Origin: Bigelowiella natans CCMP2755
Taxonomy: Eukaryota; Protista; Cercozoa
Reading direction: 5' to 3'
DNA length: 64,000 nucleotides
Assembly: GCA_000320545.1 (NCBI GenBank)
Contig: ADNK01001596.1
Span: forward strand, 1-64,000
Shown here: positions 45,851-59,536 of the stretch, piece by piece
How the letters are laid out: each line of letters begins with the position of its first letter
Numbering within the stretch: the stretch's first letter is position 1
Made by a program: the position numbers and the translations under genes
The notes under the pieces: model-generated
Database searches by the model: none
What the model was told of the DNA's origin: nothing
What the model saw: the letters and a program-made list of their open reading frames with translations, nothing else

Positions 45851-47501
45851 TCCTCCTCCTCCTCAAAGGATGAGTCATTCCTATTAGCGACAAAGTAGTA
45901 GCTGAATATCTAAGTTATTCTTAAGGAGAACTTTATCATATATGTATAAATCAGTGGGAAAAAATCTATGGACTGGATGATTGGTTTGGCAGAGGATCCC
46001 CCAAAGTCATTACGGACAAGTCCGAAAGACCGTTTCTGAAGTCTTTGGAAAGGGCTGAATGATGATGAAATGATCATCATTTATCCACACAAACGTGGCA
46101 GCGTAAAAGATAAATAATGGCCCATTTCCATTTCCATGAAATTGCAATGTGTGAGAGTTTGAAAACAAATTGGATGGATATGGAGAGATTTTTCATAAAC
46201 GTCTCCGCTACCTTCTTATTACAGAAGCCTGGGTCTCATTATCATGGTGATCGTGATCTTCTGACGGATGATCCTTTCGGTAGTCTTCTTCTTGATAAGA
46301 GCTATAAACGACCTCGTTAATCGGATTTTCGTACAACTGCGGACGATGATTTCGAGATTCATGTGACGGGCTCTGCAATACATCGTTTCGGACGTGCACA
46401 TTCCGCTCTGAAAGCAAACGAATTAGGTTCCGATTCAAGCATGTATGCAGGAAATGTTTATTCACCAGGCCTAGCCTTCGGGGACGGGCCATGTCCATCT
46501 GTTGAAGCTACACAGCCCATCTAGAAACGAACACGAAGAGGAGAGCCAGGCGTGGAGAGTGACTACCTTGGCCCTTCGTCGGCAGATATGGGGAACACAA
46601 TGGGACACGTGCGAGCACGGGATTGTAATGATCTCACAAACCGTCGACATTTACTTGGAGCGACATGAAATGACCATTGTCACACCAGTAGTTCCTAAGG
46701 CAAGAAACACCCTAGCCGTTGAAGGCGAACAACAACAGGCAGCGCGACGAAAGGAAGGGAAAACGCAAGTTATTGCCCTCAAATCCAACTGTTGCGACAA
46801 TGACGCTCTTCTCGAACCTGCGAAACACAGAGTCAAATCCCTGCAAAAAACACCTGCAGAAAAGCTACCAGCCGCATTCAAGGGGTAAAATAGAAGCAAT
46901 TGCCCAAAAGAATAGGAAGCTAATGAATCCTCAACGTCCTGTAATTCAGCGCAAATTGACCGTCACTGCCTGCATATGGGAGTTCAAATGTACCAAAACG
47001 AGCTCGAGTGTGTTAAAACACGTGGGTTCCGCGAGCTTGCTGCAGGAACCCAGAACCACCGCCCGATTTCACATTGTAACCTAAGATTTCTTACATATGT
47101 GGAGGGCGACAATCACCATAGTTCGAAAAGTCTCAAAAATAGGATCATTTGTGCCAAGAGGGAATCGATTAAATCTTAAAAAAATTAAGAGAGGAAGTCT
47201 CTCGAGTCCTTAATCCCAGTACGCCTGCTTCGACCCGCTTCGATCGCCTCGCTGGGTTATCCCTGGAACATATTAGGAAGAGGGAAGGTGGAAATTATTA
47301 CTTTTCAAAGACTTTGGCGGACCTATATAAAATTCATCTCCACAGGTACCGTTGTGAGCAGAGCTGGGAGCTCATCCTTTCTCTTAGGAAGCAAAAACAG
47401 GACGCTGAGCAAAAACTGGAATACAATAGAAAGAGAATTGATGGCATATACTTCTACAAAGAACTGAGGATAAGTCACAAAGCTCCTATTGCTTTGTACA
47501 A

Positions 47502-48801
47502 ATGAGCATACCAAAGACTACCTGTGTGAAGATTTCTTATGGTGGTGGATTGAGACGGGTATGCGTTGAGAATATTTCGGTGAAAGCTCTGCGTCGCGAA
47601 ATCGAAAGTAAGTTCTGCGTTTGATGTGAGGATTCTTATCATACTTCATGAATAAATTACAGTATCAAAACGCTCACTAACATGTACCACTGCCTGCGTG
47701 TTTCTTTTTAGAAATGTTCCCTGAAATTCCTAGTGGCTACCTTTTGAAGCAGAGGGATAACGATGGTGACCTCATAACCATTGCTACGGATGAGGTAATG
47801 AGTATAACTTTTGAGAGGATGGGGATCAATAACGAAAAGGGGACACGGCAGCGATAACAAAAAGGGGACACCGTAGGATTATTACGTCTGCATGAATAAT
47901 TGGTTTTATTTTACAATATTCAGGACTTGAACTTTGCGATTTCAGAATGCCAAAAATATTTGAAGCTTATGGTTGTGCTTGGGTCCAAAAATATTCGGGC
48001 ATCTTCCAAATATGTCCAAGTTCGTTCGAATGAAACGAAAGAACAGCGATCTAAGAGTCCACCTACCACGCCGCTGATACGATCAGAGACGCATCCAACA
48101 CGTTCGCAGGAGCCAAACTCTAGAAGGGGGGGTGTACGACACCGTCCCATGGATTACGACGATGATTTCAAAAAGCAAGTGCGCCCTCTCCATCCTGCAC
48201 ATCACCTCGGTAACCAACACCATATTTATCAACAGCATCGTCCCCAAATGGTTCAAACTGCAGCAGCAGCAGCTAGCAACATATACCCCGGACGAGGCCC
48301 ATCCCAACATCATCATCAAGCGTATCAGCAGCAGCACCACGACCATATCCATGATTCCACCACCTCGCCTGCTCCTATTCCTTCTTCATCCTACCCTGTA
48401 GCTATACCGTACACCTCGCCACTTGATCATCCCCAGATGATGATTCAAGGTGGTGGCCCTGTGGGGCCATCACAACCAGCGATTCGAATATCGAACCCGG
48501 ACACGGGTGTTCCGCATGCTGAGGCTATTTCATTTCGCCCTGATCAGACAGCAGTGGGTGGCACTACCTCTGTCCCTACCGCTGCACCCGCCTTGTCGTC
48601 CTCTTCCTCTTGCTCCTTCCCCTCGTCGTGCCCGCTGGTAAATGCAGCTGGCAATCTGAGGGCAGGAGTTGCGGGCCTCGTCAAGAAAACAGCTGAGGAA
48701 GTCACTAAGAAGGGGAAAGAGCTGTTCACAGCCTGGGTTGGCAATGTGTGCGATACCGTGGAAGGCATGCAACTGAAGAAATACTTCCAGAATAGGTCCC
48801 A

Positions 48802-48842
<41 letters not shown>

Positions 48843-49852
48843 ATACTTACACACACACACACACACACACACTGTAAGAGAGATAGGAAGTTTTTTAACA
48901 TCCGCGATCATTGTCTTAGTCTAACTAGGCTGTGTTGTTTTCTCGTAGATTCCCATCTGTGGTATCTGCACGCGTGGTGAAATCGAGAGGATATGGATTT
49001 GTAGAGTTTGAGAGTGAGGAGGAGCTTCACAAAGCGGTGCAGGAGATGGATGGAAAGACATTCATCAAATGCCCGTTGAAGGTTAAACTTGGAAACGCAA
49101 GGAAACCTTCCCCACCCCCGGGAAACAGGGCTGGTAAATCTCCCTCAAGACGCCATCGTCGTGCAATGAGTGGGGGAGGGGGAGAAGGAAAGAACAAGGC
49201 AGGTGCATCTGTTCCCGCAAAATCATTGCCAAAAGTAGAAATTACGGAGGTTCGCGAGGATGACTATCCTGTCGTCGGGGAACCGGGGGAAATTGTAAGT
49301 AAAACATGGGTCGTGCAGAACTCAGGGGATGAGCCCTGGCCAAAATTAACGTTTAAGTTCACTGAAAACAGTTGTAGTAAGGGGAAGAACAAGAATCAAG
49401 GTGTGAACAATAACACCAGCGGTACTGGTGGCGGGTACTCTTCAAATTCAGAGGTAGTGCCATCGCTCGAGCCGATAAAAAAGGAGATATTCGTCCCTGC
49501 GCTTGCCCCTGGCAAGGTCGCCTTCGTGACAGTAAACTTTAAGCTGCCAAAGAAGTGCGGAATGTACGAGTCAACCTTCAGAGCTTATTGCCCTGGAAAG
49601 CAAAAATGGGGGCCTCACTTTGTGGGACGGATAAAGGTAGTCGAAGACCTCTCAAAGGAAAGTGCGGACATAGATCACACCAAACAGCCTGATTACTACC
49701 TGAAAGAAGTAGAGGCGCTCGTTGCCATGGGCTTCGGCGACGAGGAATTATGTAATCACCTCATACGCGAAACTAAGGGTGATCTTCATATGACCGCAAA
49801 GTGGCTCGCACAGCACATTGGGCGACCAGACGACAGCACCGACAAAAATTGA
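47502..49852 (+). CDS. NBR1/p62-like protein with PB1-RRM-FW(Ig-like)-UBA domains
   Basis: Exons 47502-47607, 47712-47794, 47924-48795 and 48949-49852 splice in frame at GT-AG. PB1 VKISY..LRR...DNDGDLITIATDEDL, RRM RGYGFVEF, FW domain KTWVVQNSGDEPWP, UBA LVAMGF. Confidence 0.85.
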
Positions 49853-50829
49853 AAGAATAATGAATGCAGAAAATAATTAATCGTTAATAGAACGACCCCC
49901 TATACTATATCTGCCTCACAATATTTATTGATACTTGTAGCGCATTGATAATATTTCTACATTACAGTGTGACGAAGATGGCAGCCGCAGCGTGTGGCTT
50001 GTCTGTCATTTTTATCGCTCGATCTAGAGATACTACACGCGCAGCAGCTGTTGTTGCATGTACGTCGTATGCGCTATGCGCTATAAACAAAGCCACGCTT
50101 TACATACACCTGTACGTCGCTTGTGCTAGCTGCTTACGAAACGTCTATGTCCAGATGTGAAGCGCTGTCACACATCTAGACTTACACATTTGTGAATGCC
50201 ACAATCTAGCAAGAATCCGAGGAGAACTTATAAACAACTAGCTGCAACATTTGACAGATTATCCTAAATCTAGCTAGCTACAGATAACGGATGTAAAGGA
50301 ATGATTACATTCTTTCAATTGTCATCCTAATGTAGCTGTACAAAGCTGCTGCTACATATATGTATATGCCACAATGTACGTGTAGCACCATTTGCAACAC
50401 AGGAAAGACATGGATCAATTGCTGTGCTGTCCTATATACTCGCAGCAGAGGAAAAGACATGCAAGTCATAATCGATGCACGTGTGTACATGTCGTTCAAC
50501 AATCCTTGCCACAATTAGCAGATGCATGCACATAACTAGATGGGACGAATACAGTGAAAGATCAGACATCGTCATCCCAATCTAGCAATGTAGCCATGCA
50601 AGATATAGATGGTCACAGCGCTGAGATCGATCATGTCTGTTAGTTGCTGTGATTTTGTATGTCATGTTTGCGAATGTTTCCAGTGTGCGAGACGGATGTA
50701 CTCAATCAAATTAAACTTGCGAATGTGTTGTTGTTGTTTCCCGCCTTGAGGTGCCGCCTGTGCGAGCGAACAATTTTTTATGTGTTCCTTCCTGGCTTGG
50801 TCAATTTCTTGGCTTCGTCTTTTCTTATA

Positions 50830-50865
<36 letters not shown>

Positions 50866-50890
50866 TTATATCCGTACAAGACAACATCCG

Positions 50891-53394
50891 TCACGAGCTT
50901 CTGGAATGAAGTTTGATAAGGTAATCAACTATTGCATCTTCTATTTCCCTTCCCTGGGATGTTTCCACTTTCAAGACTTCAATTTTAGAAGACTGCACTA
51001 TGCTGACTTCTCTATACCGGGAATGAAGCTCATTTGCTACAACCGCATCCATTCCATACTTAGCTATCGCCCTGAATGCATAAGTAATCATTTGGCGCAA
51101 AACTGAGGAATATCATTATTCGCACCTCTGAGCTTTCTTGATGAGTAAGTTCAGGTCTGTCTCTAGCTTAAAGGAGACGCAGAAAACTTCAGGTGCCCAA
51201 CTTGAACGCAACACGCCCAACAACCTATGTGAGGAGGGGAAAAGATTGCGTGGGATTATGATTTTCTTGACTTTCACCCTCTCACATATGCTGCAAATTC
51301 GGACCAAAGGTTCAACATTCAATCAAGAGTATTATGTATCGATATTTCGTGATCGTTTGTCGCCTTTCGCATATCGTCGGCATCGTTGTCGAGATGAATA
51401 CTAATTCCAACTTTGGGGTTTGCTGTAGGACAAGGTGGAGAGGGCCGTCTCTAGATTGAATCTTCACGATCGTAGTAGCAGCAGAAGTAGCAGGGGGGAA
51501 AACGATATTGTTTAATTCGACATCAGTGTTATTATCACTCAATTTTTTTTAAAGCATTTCACGTTACTTCCTTTTATCAGACATCTCTCTCTTAGTGGTG
51601 AATTTGATCACATTTGGTATCCTATAGGCACCATCATATCTAAGCTATTTCTCGCCCACCCCACCTTATGTGTTGGCTGATCCGTCATGAAAAAATCCGA
51701 CACTGCCGCGGAGAAGTACATCATGCTGTTTTCCCATTTATACACAAACTTTGTCAGTGACGACGAAAAAGTCTCCGTTTTGGCTTGTCGTTACCCGTTG
51801 GATCCTGCGAGCTGTGTCGCTCTTGCAGCCAAGCTGTATTGAGAAAATGTCCAACATCCCATTTAGTAATAGACCGCGTACGATGATATCGTGTATGCTC
51901 GTGTTTATTGCGAAACTGGTAAACATCACCCTCACCGTAGGAGGAAGAAGTACTCATCACACGACTCAAATTCCACCGATTGCAATAGGCCTTTTTCCAC
52001 CAAAGAACATACCCGTTGGCACAGCAGATTGTCAGTAACGTGTAGTCAAAGCTATCGATTAAGAATATTGGATGATCACTTGGGAAAACTAATATGTTCC
52101 TTGTTCTTCACGTTAGATCACCTTTTTCTTTGATTGTATGGAATTGGCGGATGTTGTCCACCGTTGCTTCCGTGAGCTCTAAGGATACCACGTTCTTGCC
52201 CTTCGCGTCTGGAATATCGATGAAACACCATCAATCCTATCACCCTCTGTCCGCATGCTTGTTCTTCGAATCTCGAATGTCCTTTGCTACATCATTAGGA
52301 TACATTCGCGCAGTTGCCGTTATGATAGCAGTTTTTACCTACCGAGTGCTACCGAGCTGAGGAGGTTGTGGTCAACGTAACGAGACTTCAAGTCCTTTTG
52401 TATGTGTCTGGCAAACGCGTCGACGGACCCCTTTCGTCGCAAGTATAAGACTGCGTATCCTTTCTACTTCAAGAGGAGGAGAGGGAGGAGGAGAGACACA
52501 TATGACTAAATCAAACCGCCTACCAGCTTTCTGCCTAAGAATTCGGAATGGAGGCAACATCCTCGAAAGAGGGAGATTCGTGCGTCTTCTTTATGGAAAC
52601 GCGAGGGCAATAACAACAACAAGAAGAACAACCTTGAGGAAGTATTCCACAGATATAGCTGCGCGGGTCCCAGTGCTGAAGTTATCGATGAACCGAACGG
52701 TGTTCTTTTCTAACGGGACTGACCACCATCATTACGCAGGAAGGGGGGGAGGGGGGAAGCACAAACGAGCTATATGTTACCGAAAGAAAACAAGCCCCCA
52801 CTAAGAGCATTCTCATGCAATGAGAGGGAAATCGATCCATGATCATACAGCAATGTGCAAGAATAGCCATCATCTATCTAACAGCTCAATCGGCTGATGC
52901 AATCCCCAGTTACCTGTAGTGCCTCCACCAGTAACGCATACTATCTTTCTCCCGGCTTTAAGATGCGACCGAACGAACTTGCTCATCTTCTTCTCCATTC
53001 TAATTGCATAAAAGGCGAAAGAGATGAGATTGGGGGGAAGATAAGAATGGATCTGGACCCTTCTCACCCTTTTTCGTCGATAGGGGATTCTGTTCTTCGA
53101 AAGTACTCTTCATGTGTTATTGGGCCATCGTTATCCTTTGTATGTCGTCCTGATATGGTATGATCTCGTCGTAAACAGTTCCATTCATGCATCATTCCAG
53201 TATCCTTTGCTGTTGTCGTCGTACCACTTTCTTCTCCCCCCCCCCCCCCCTCCCACACACGCACACAGATAGAGGCAAGCAGGTACTATTGAAGAATAAG
53301 CTCTACCTTGCGGGGATTTCCGAAAAGGGGCGTTGCTGAGGAACCGCACAAGGGTCACACCCATCACGCCCATGCTGCACGCGAGCGCAGCCAT
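50891..53394 (-). CDS. PPCS: Phosphopantothenate-cysteine ligase (multi-exon)
   Basis: Motifs [10 protein letters not shown]|[24 protein letters not shown]...HK|[11 protein letters not shown] and VVANELHSR. Confidence 0.92.
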
Positions 53395-53615
53395 GTTATT
53401 CCCGACTTTCCAGTTCAATTCCACCTGCCAATAAATAAAGCCTAAAACATCCTGAATATATAAACATTCAAATTTGACTTGTTTTTGGAGCTGGATTCGT
53501 ATAGCTCCAGAATGATTTAGATAGACAGAATATTATACTACATATATCGATAGATGTCTAAATGTTTATTCTAAGATTTGATCCGACTCGTGCAAGCACA
53601 CATTGCCCCCTCATC

Positions 53616-55432
53616 ATGCTTCGTCGCCGTCGTCGTCTACTAGCTTCTCTCCGGAGGGAGGCGATTTGTGGCCGGAGAGCAAAGGCCGCAATTCCACAAC
53701 GTTGTATGTCCAGCAAAGGTAGATCTCGAAATTCTCCTCCCTCCCCCCTCTCTTGGCCATGATTATCATCTCATCTTATCGCATCGACGGTGGTCCCCAA
53801 CAACCCTTGCTCACATAGCAGCGGCCACGCCCTCGCAAAAGCTCCGTAGCTTGCTCGAAAAGGACGGAATTATTACGATGCCGTGCTGTCACGATGGATT
53901 GTCGGTAAGACTTGGGCTCAATGCAACGTCATCGTATCGTCGTCACCATCGCTTGTCTTCACTAACGTCGTTCATGCCATCCCTGCGATCGTTTTTGTAC
54001 TCGACACACCGGTCGCTGTTGCCAGGATTAATCCATCTGCGCTTATCATCCGATTGCTGTTAGGCCGTGCTCATCGAAAGGGCTGGGTTTCCCGCTACCT
54101 TCATGTCTGGCTTTGCTGTATCCGGTAGGAAACCCAGGAAAAACAACTTGCATCTTACCACCTCTAATTGCCGGAGTATACGATGAAATAACCCCCGAGA
54201 TCAGTTTCCTGCCCCCACATTCCCTTGAAAATGCGTTTTATCAGCGAGCTATGGTCTACCCGACACTCAGCTGCTGGGGTTCGCAGAGATGAGGGACGCC
54301 GCTAGTAAAGTGGCTTCCTCCATTTCCATTCCTGTCATTGCAGATGGGGACACGGTAGCAGCAGCAGCAGAGACAAAAGATGGTTTTAGATATTTGGGAG
54401 GAGGCACTTGTTTGCTCTCCATTTTAATGCTTTCCCCCTCCCTCTCTCTCTCTCTCTCTCCCCCCCCCCCTCTGTTCGAAACTGCCTTCTTCACGATAAC
54501 AATTCTAGGGTTATGGCAACGCAATCAACGTCAAGCGCACGATTCGAGGCTACCAACAAGCAGGCGTAGCTTGCATCATGCTCGGTATTGCATAGTCCCT
54601 CACCCTCTCCCCCTATTCCCCCCCCCCCCTTCCCCCTCTCCAACCGTTAGAGTTTACTATTCGCCGATCGATGCTGCCTCTTTCTTTCGACTGCGTAGAG
54701 GACCAAGTTGCCCCTAAACGATGCGGGCACACCCGAGGAAAGCAGGTGGTGGGCAAGGAGGAGGCCATGGCGCGTGTGCAGGCAGCTGTCGATGCGAGAG
54801 AGGAGCATGGGTTGGACATTCTGATCATGGCTCGCACAGATGCTCGAGCCATTGATGGTATCGACTCAGCCATTGAGCGTTGCAAGGGTTTCGTGGACAT
54901 CGGAGCGGATATTACGTTCCTTGAGGCTCCGCAAACAGTGGAGGAGATGCAAAGGTCATATGATTTTTAATGAAAGAGTACGTTTGATTCGAAGCTTCGA
55001 GATCTTTACGAGCACTGATGAAAAGAAATGTGACTACGAGTAGCTCACATTGGTGTCCCCTCCTTTCCAAATAACGGCTCAGATATTGCGCAGAGGTTCC
55101 CGGGTTTAAAATGGCGAATATGTTAGAAAACGGTAAGATGTGATGAGATTATAGCGGAGTAGTAGATGGCAGCAGCTATGATGATATATCTTTATGATGG
55201 ACCATATCCAGGCATAACACCCGTGCTTCCTACTGAGCAGCTCGAAGATATCGGATTCAAAATAGCAGCGTATCCCTTTGCTCTTTTGAACGCATCAATT
55301 GTGGGAATGGCGGAAGCTCTGGAAACCCTCAAGAAGGGGAAATCACCTGAAAATCTACCGTTCAAGGAACTTCAAGATATCGTTGGTTTCACTGCCTACT
55401 TTCAGGAGGAAGAAAAATATGCTACCAAATGA
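53616..55432 (+). CDS. Isocitrate lyase/PEP mutase family enzyme (2-methylisocitrate lyase or dimethylmalate lyase-like) with an Arg-rich transit peptide
   Basis: Motifs GLPD, IPVIADGDT|GYG, EDQVAPKRCGH, IMARTDA and FLEAP across GT-AG exons. Confidence 0.92.
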
Positions 55433-56032
55433 ATGAATAGTGCCAATGGCAAAATAGAGCGAAATGCACGACTGGTCTCAGATAACCGTGATTCCATTTA
55501 TAATAGATAACGACTCGGGACGTCAAGATGTATATCGGGCTTCATACAAATATAACAATCCAAATAAGTTGTAATGAAAAAATTTAGCTTTTGTTTCTCT
55601 AGCTAGCTAGTTCTTGCACTGTCTAGCTGTGCATGTCATAAGCGCTATACATGTCATAACTGATATGCGCAACTACGTCTAACTCTGAGCTAGCTAGCTA
55701 GCTAGATCTAAAGATGTCTAGATGTGGCTGCATTAAACATCCACCGATCACAGTCTCGGCAGCACGAGAGCATGCAAGGCGTAATATAGTAATGTCGCGA
55801 TGTACCCACTAGCCCAGACCAGCTCTGATGTTTGATACTACCATCGCACTGCAGGCTCTGGGCTATGAATTACTCTGGCTAGCTGGGCTATGATTTACGG
55901 ACAAAACTAGAAAAGGCAGAACACTGCCCGCACCAATTTTGAACGCTACGCCTACCTAGCTACGTCAGGAGTCGACACTGCTGTGCTACATCATCGGTTC
56001 CATTCGAATTTGCAACAGCATGTAGTCGTTAC

Positions 56033-56068
<36 letters not shown>

Positions 56069-56678
56069 TTGTATAATATATGCATAGTTAAATACATACA
56101 TGCTTAGCATCTAGAGATATCTGCAGCATGATGGCCTATACTCCACATGTGCACACATGTCTCGAAGTTCTTCCGCGTTTTACGTGAAAACTGCAGCGTG
56201 CAGACCAGTAGTTCGAAGCTGCATCTGTCTTGTAATAAACCCTATTCAGAAACAGCTTGCTGGAGGGGGGGGGGTTAAGTATCTGATCTAAATTGGTATC
56301 TTTAGGCGAGAAACTAAGTTTTGCATCATAGAATACATTATAATCTAATCCATGGCCACATATCCCTGCTATGCAATGCGCCTTCTCAACGACCAAACGA
56401 CGACAGCAATTGCGAGTAATATTGCCCCTGTCTTTATATCTACTGGAAATTTCCATCCCCTAAATTAACAGTATCGTGAATCATGGAGAAACAAAGGGTA
56501 TATGGCCGACAAAAATCGCAATGAAAAACAAATTGCACGAATGATGAACGCCCTAGAGCATTGATCTTTACTACGTCACGAAACCGATGTATTCGATATA
56601 TTCGTGTCACAAAGGCAAGGTCATATTTAGGTGGGAATATATACACGACAACTGACGTCATCGTTTTCTCTTCTCGCA

Positions 56679-59238
56679 TCACAAAATTGCACAGTAGATC
56701 CATCTTCTTAGGCACCCGCACACTGTCCCTTCTTCTTCTCCTCTCCTTCTCTTTTTCCTGCTCGGTAGAAGCCTTTGGGCGAGGTCGTTACTTCCAGCAT
56801 CACTGCCGTTTATGTTGTTCTGGTTTCCGATGCTGTCTCTCAAAAGCGTGGTCTCATTTGGAGTGCCAAAGTTTGCAAGGGTCGGATATTTGGACTCAGA
56901 GGCATTATGTATCACCAAACTGCCAGGCCCGTCATCATCATCATCATCGTCGTCGTCATCATCATCTTCAAATGTAGAGGTTTCAGCCCCCGCTCCTTTG
57001 GCTGCTGCCTCATAAGCACGTAGATCTTGGTCATTAACTTTATTTGTGTTACTCTTCTTCTTGGCCTGCCTCAAGCGAGCAAGCTTCTCACTCCGTATGA
57101 CACGCAGACGATTTTTAATCTCGGAGAGTAGGGGAGAGGGGGGGGGCGAGGAGGACATGCACGCCGTTAGCGCTTCAGTGAGAAATGGGTGCGCCATTAG
57201 CTTGGGAGGCAGGGGACGGCTTTCTGGAGTTTTTTTTAGCATATCCGACAGAATGCTATGGAACTCATCTGACCAATGATTGCTGTTGCTAGTGCTGCGG
57301 CTTCGTCCCTCACTTATGCCCCCCTTTGCTTTCCCCTCCCCCTTAGTCGCCTCTCGCAGCTTGGGGGGAGGTTGCCTTGTGATGGCCGTCATTACGTGCA
57401 GGGCGGTGCGGAGATGAGTGTTGGGAGGCACCCCTTCAGCCAGCTCAATGAGGGTAATCCCGAGAGACCAAACGTCTGCATGGTAAGTAGCCCCCGCTCC
57501 CAAGATGACTTCTGGCGGCATCCATAACGGCGATCCAGCGATAGTATTGACCCTGCTTGTGCTGTTCCTTCCCAGTGTTGCAGTGCCCCCTAGGCTCACA
57601 GAGATGCCGAAGTCCGTAAGCTGAGAATAAGTAACTTAGTGCGGCGGCGGACATAGAGGAAGGGATTGGTGGCATTTAAGAAGAAGAACGACTACGGCAC
57701 TACTTTCTTTCAAACTATCGTACGACGGTCCTACCTTTATCTCACCCCGTCCAGTCAGCATAATGTTCCCTGCTTTCAAATCACGATGGATGATCTTCTT
57801 CGAATGCAAGTACTGGAGAGCCCTCATCACATTCGCAGCAATGTATCGTATCTTTGCCTCGTTCAGAGGGCCAAACAGATCGAGCATGTCTCTCAGAGAC
57901 CCGCCATTGCACAGCTCCATTAGTATCCATAGCCTCCTGGACTTATCTGGCCCAGCACACCCGTAGAATGACACAATTCCAGGATGTCGACCTACTCGTG
58001 GAAAGCATATGGGGTAGGGGGGGAAGGGGGGGGATACTCAATTTTATGTGCGTGGGAGAATATAATTGTGATATCAATTGAAACTCGTCAAATCTTTTTT
58101 TCACTTCATGACAACTGTTCTCCCCTTCCCTCCATCTTTCTTCTATTGAGACCAGCGTCATTATCCACTTACATTTCTTAAGGACGTTGATCTCCGCCAT
58201 GATCTCCTTTTGCTTGCTGTCAGTCGCCGCCCAGGCTTGGCCTTTGTATCTATCAGCTTTATCGCCATCTCAAGGTTGCCACCTTTGTGATATCCAACTT
58301 TCACGACACCGAAGGCCCCCTTCCCGAGTGTTTGGCCAAGCTCGAAATCCTCTTCTAGGGTTTTCTTGTTCCATTCGAAATCGGTATTGACGTGCGCCAC
58401 ATGCTTCACGTTAAAGGGGACACTCACCTTTTTGGTGTGTGGAGTTTGTATGTATATAATTTGGATTATTTGTGGACTTTGCTATCGTGATGATGACCAT
58501 GATGATTTTCCTATACGTATCTGGATATTGAAGGAAAACCATCAAGCACTTGAGTTTTAGCATGCATATTTCGTGTTTTGATATTATGTATGCAGTTATC
58601 CTCCATGCAGACTATTTACCCCCTGTTTGTTGTCGAGCGCACCGGTCTGAGCTTGAGAAAGAAGCCACGCATATGCTTTTGCCCATTTGTTCCTCTCCTC
58701 CTCATTGTCACATTGCAGGTCCAGAGTACGGTTGGCAAATACGAGTGAAAAACAGTGGCTGTCCCTCCCCTTATTCAGGCTCTTTCGGAATGCGTCGGTT
58801 TCCCAACCGAGGAGTACATTTTGCAAGTCCTTTATCTTTGCCGAACGGGCGGCAAACGTCTTCAGAATGGAGAGCTTTGAGGCCCATCGAACTTCCTTCA
58901 GGTCACGCGTACACACAACGAAACGTCGGTGCGGCTTCTTCCGTGCCACATGCTTCATGAACACTGCCAAAGGATGAAGTATCGAAGAATCATAATCCAA
59001 ACAGTCATTATTGAGAATTTGTTGATTACAGCTTTAAATATCTACATAAAGAATCTGGTATACCGTTGGGCTTTGTGAGCATCGTACTGTTTCTGAAAGC
59101 CTCTGCCTGCTGCCCCTGCCGGGCGCTACTTGTACGCCGTCTTCGTGCCGATAAATGCTGGTCTGCAGAGGATGAGTCCAAGCCCGCATATGATGATGAT
59201 TCGGAGTAGTGACGGGGCATGGATGGAGGTGGATTCAT
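56679..59238 (-). CDS. STE20-group Ser/Thr kinase with N-terminal PH and CRIB-like motifs
   Basis: PH segment FSLVFANRTLDLQCDNEEERNKW, CRIB-like VSVPFNVKHVAHV, kinase motifs GKGAFG, HRDLKAGN, DFG, GSPLWMPPE and DVWSLG. The true 3' end is uncertain. Confidence 0.9.
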
Positions 59239-59536
59239 GGCCCCTTCCTCTCACTCTAGATGAATCACTGCAAGGTAGGTATCTGAAGGATCGTGTGATT
59301 TGGGTTTTTCCCATCTTCGATGGGAAACCCATTGGAATTTGTTAGTGCGACATGAACACAAGTTGTGCTGCTGCTTGTCGCATAGCAAATTTAGGCAATG
59401 CAATTTTAGTGAAAAAAGGTCATTCGCATGTTTCTAGTATAAAATGTTAACTTGGCATGGCTCCTGTTGTTTTCGGTTGTTGTTTCGGCAGAACGCACCA
59501 AGAGCAGTACCGAAATTCGGAAGCATTCTCTTCTTC

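Noticed and set aside
46000-47300. Short ORFs upstream of the NBR1-like gene
   Set aside because: No recognisable motifs or consistent splice model.
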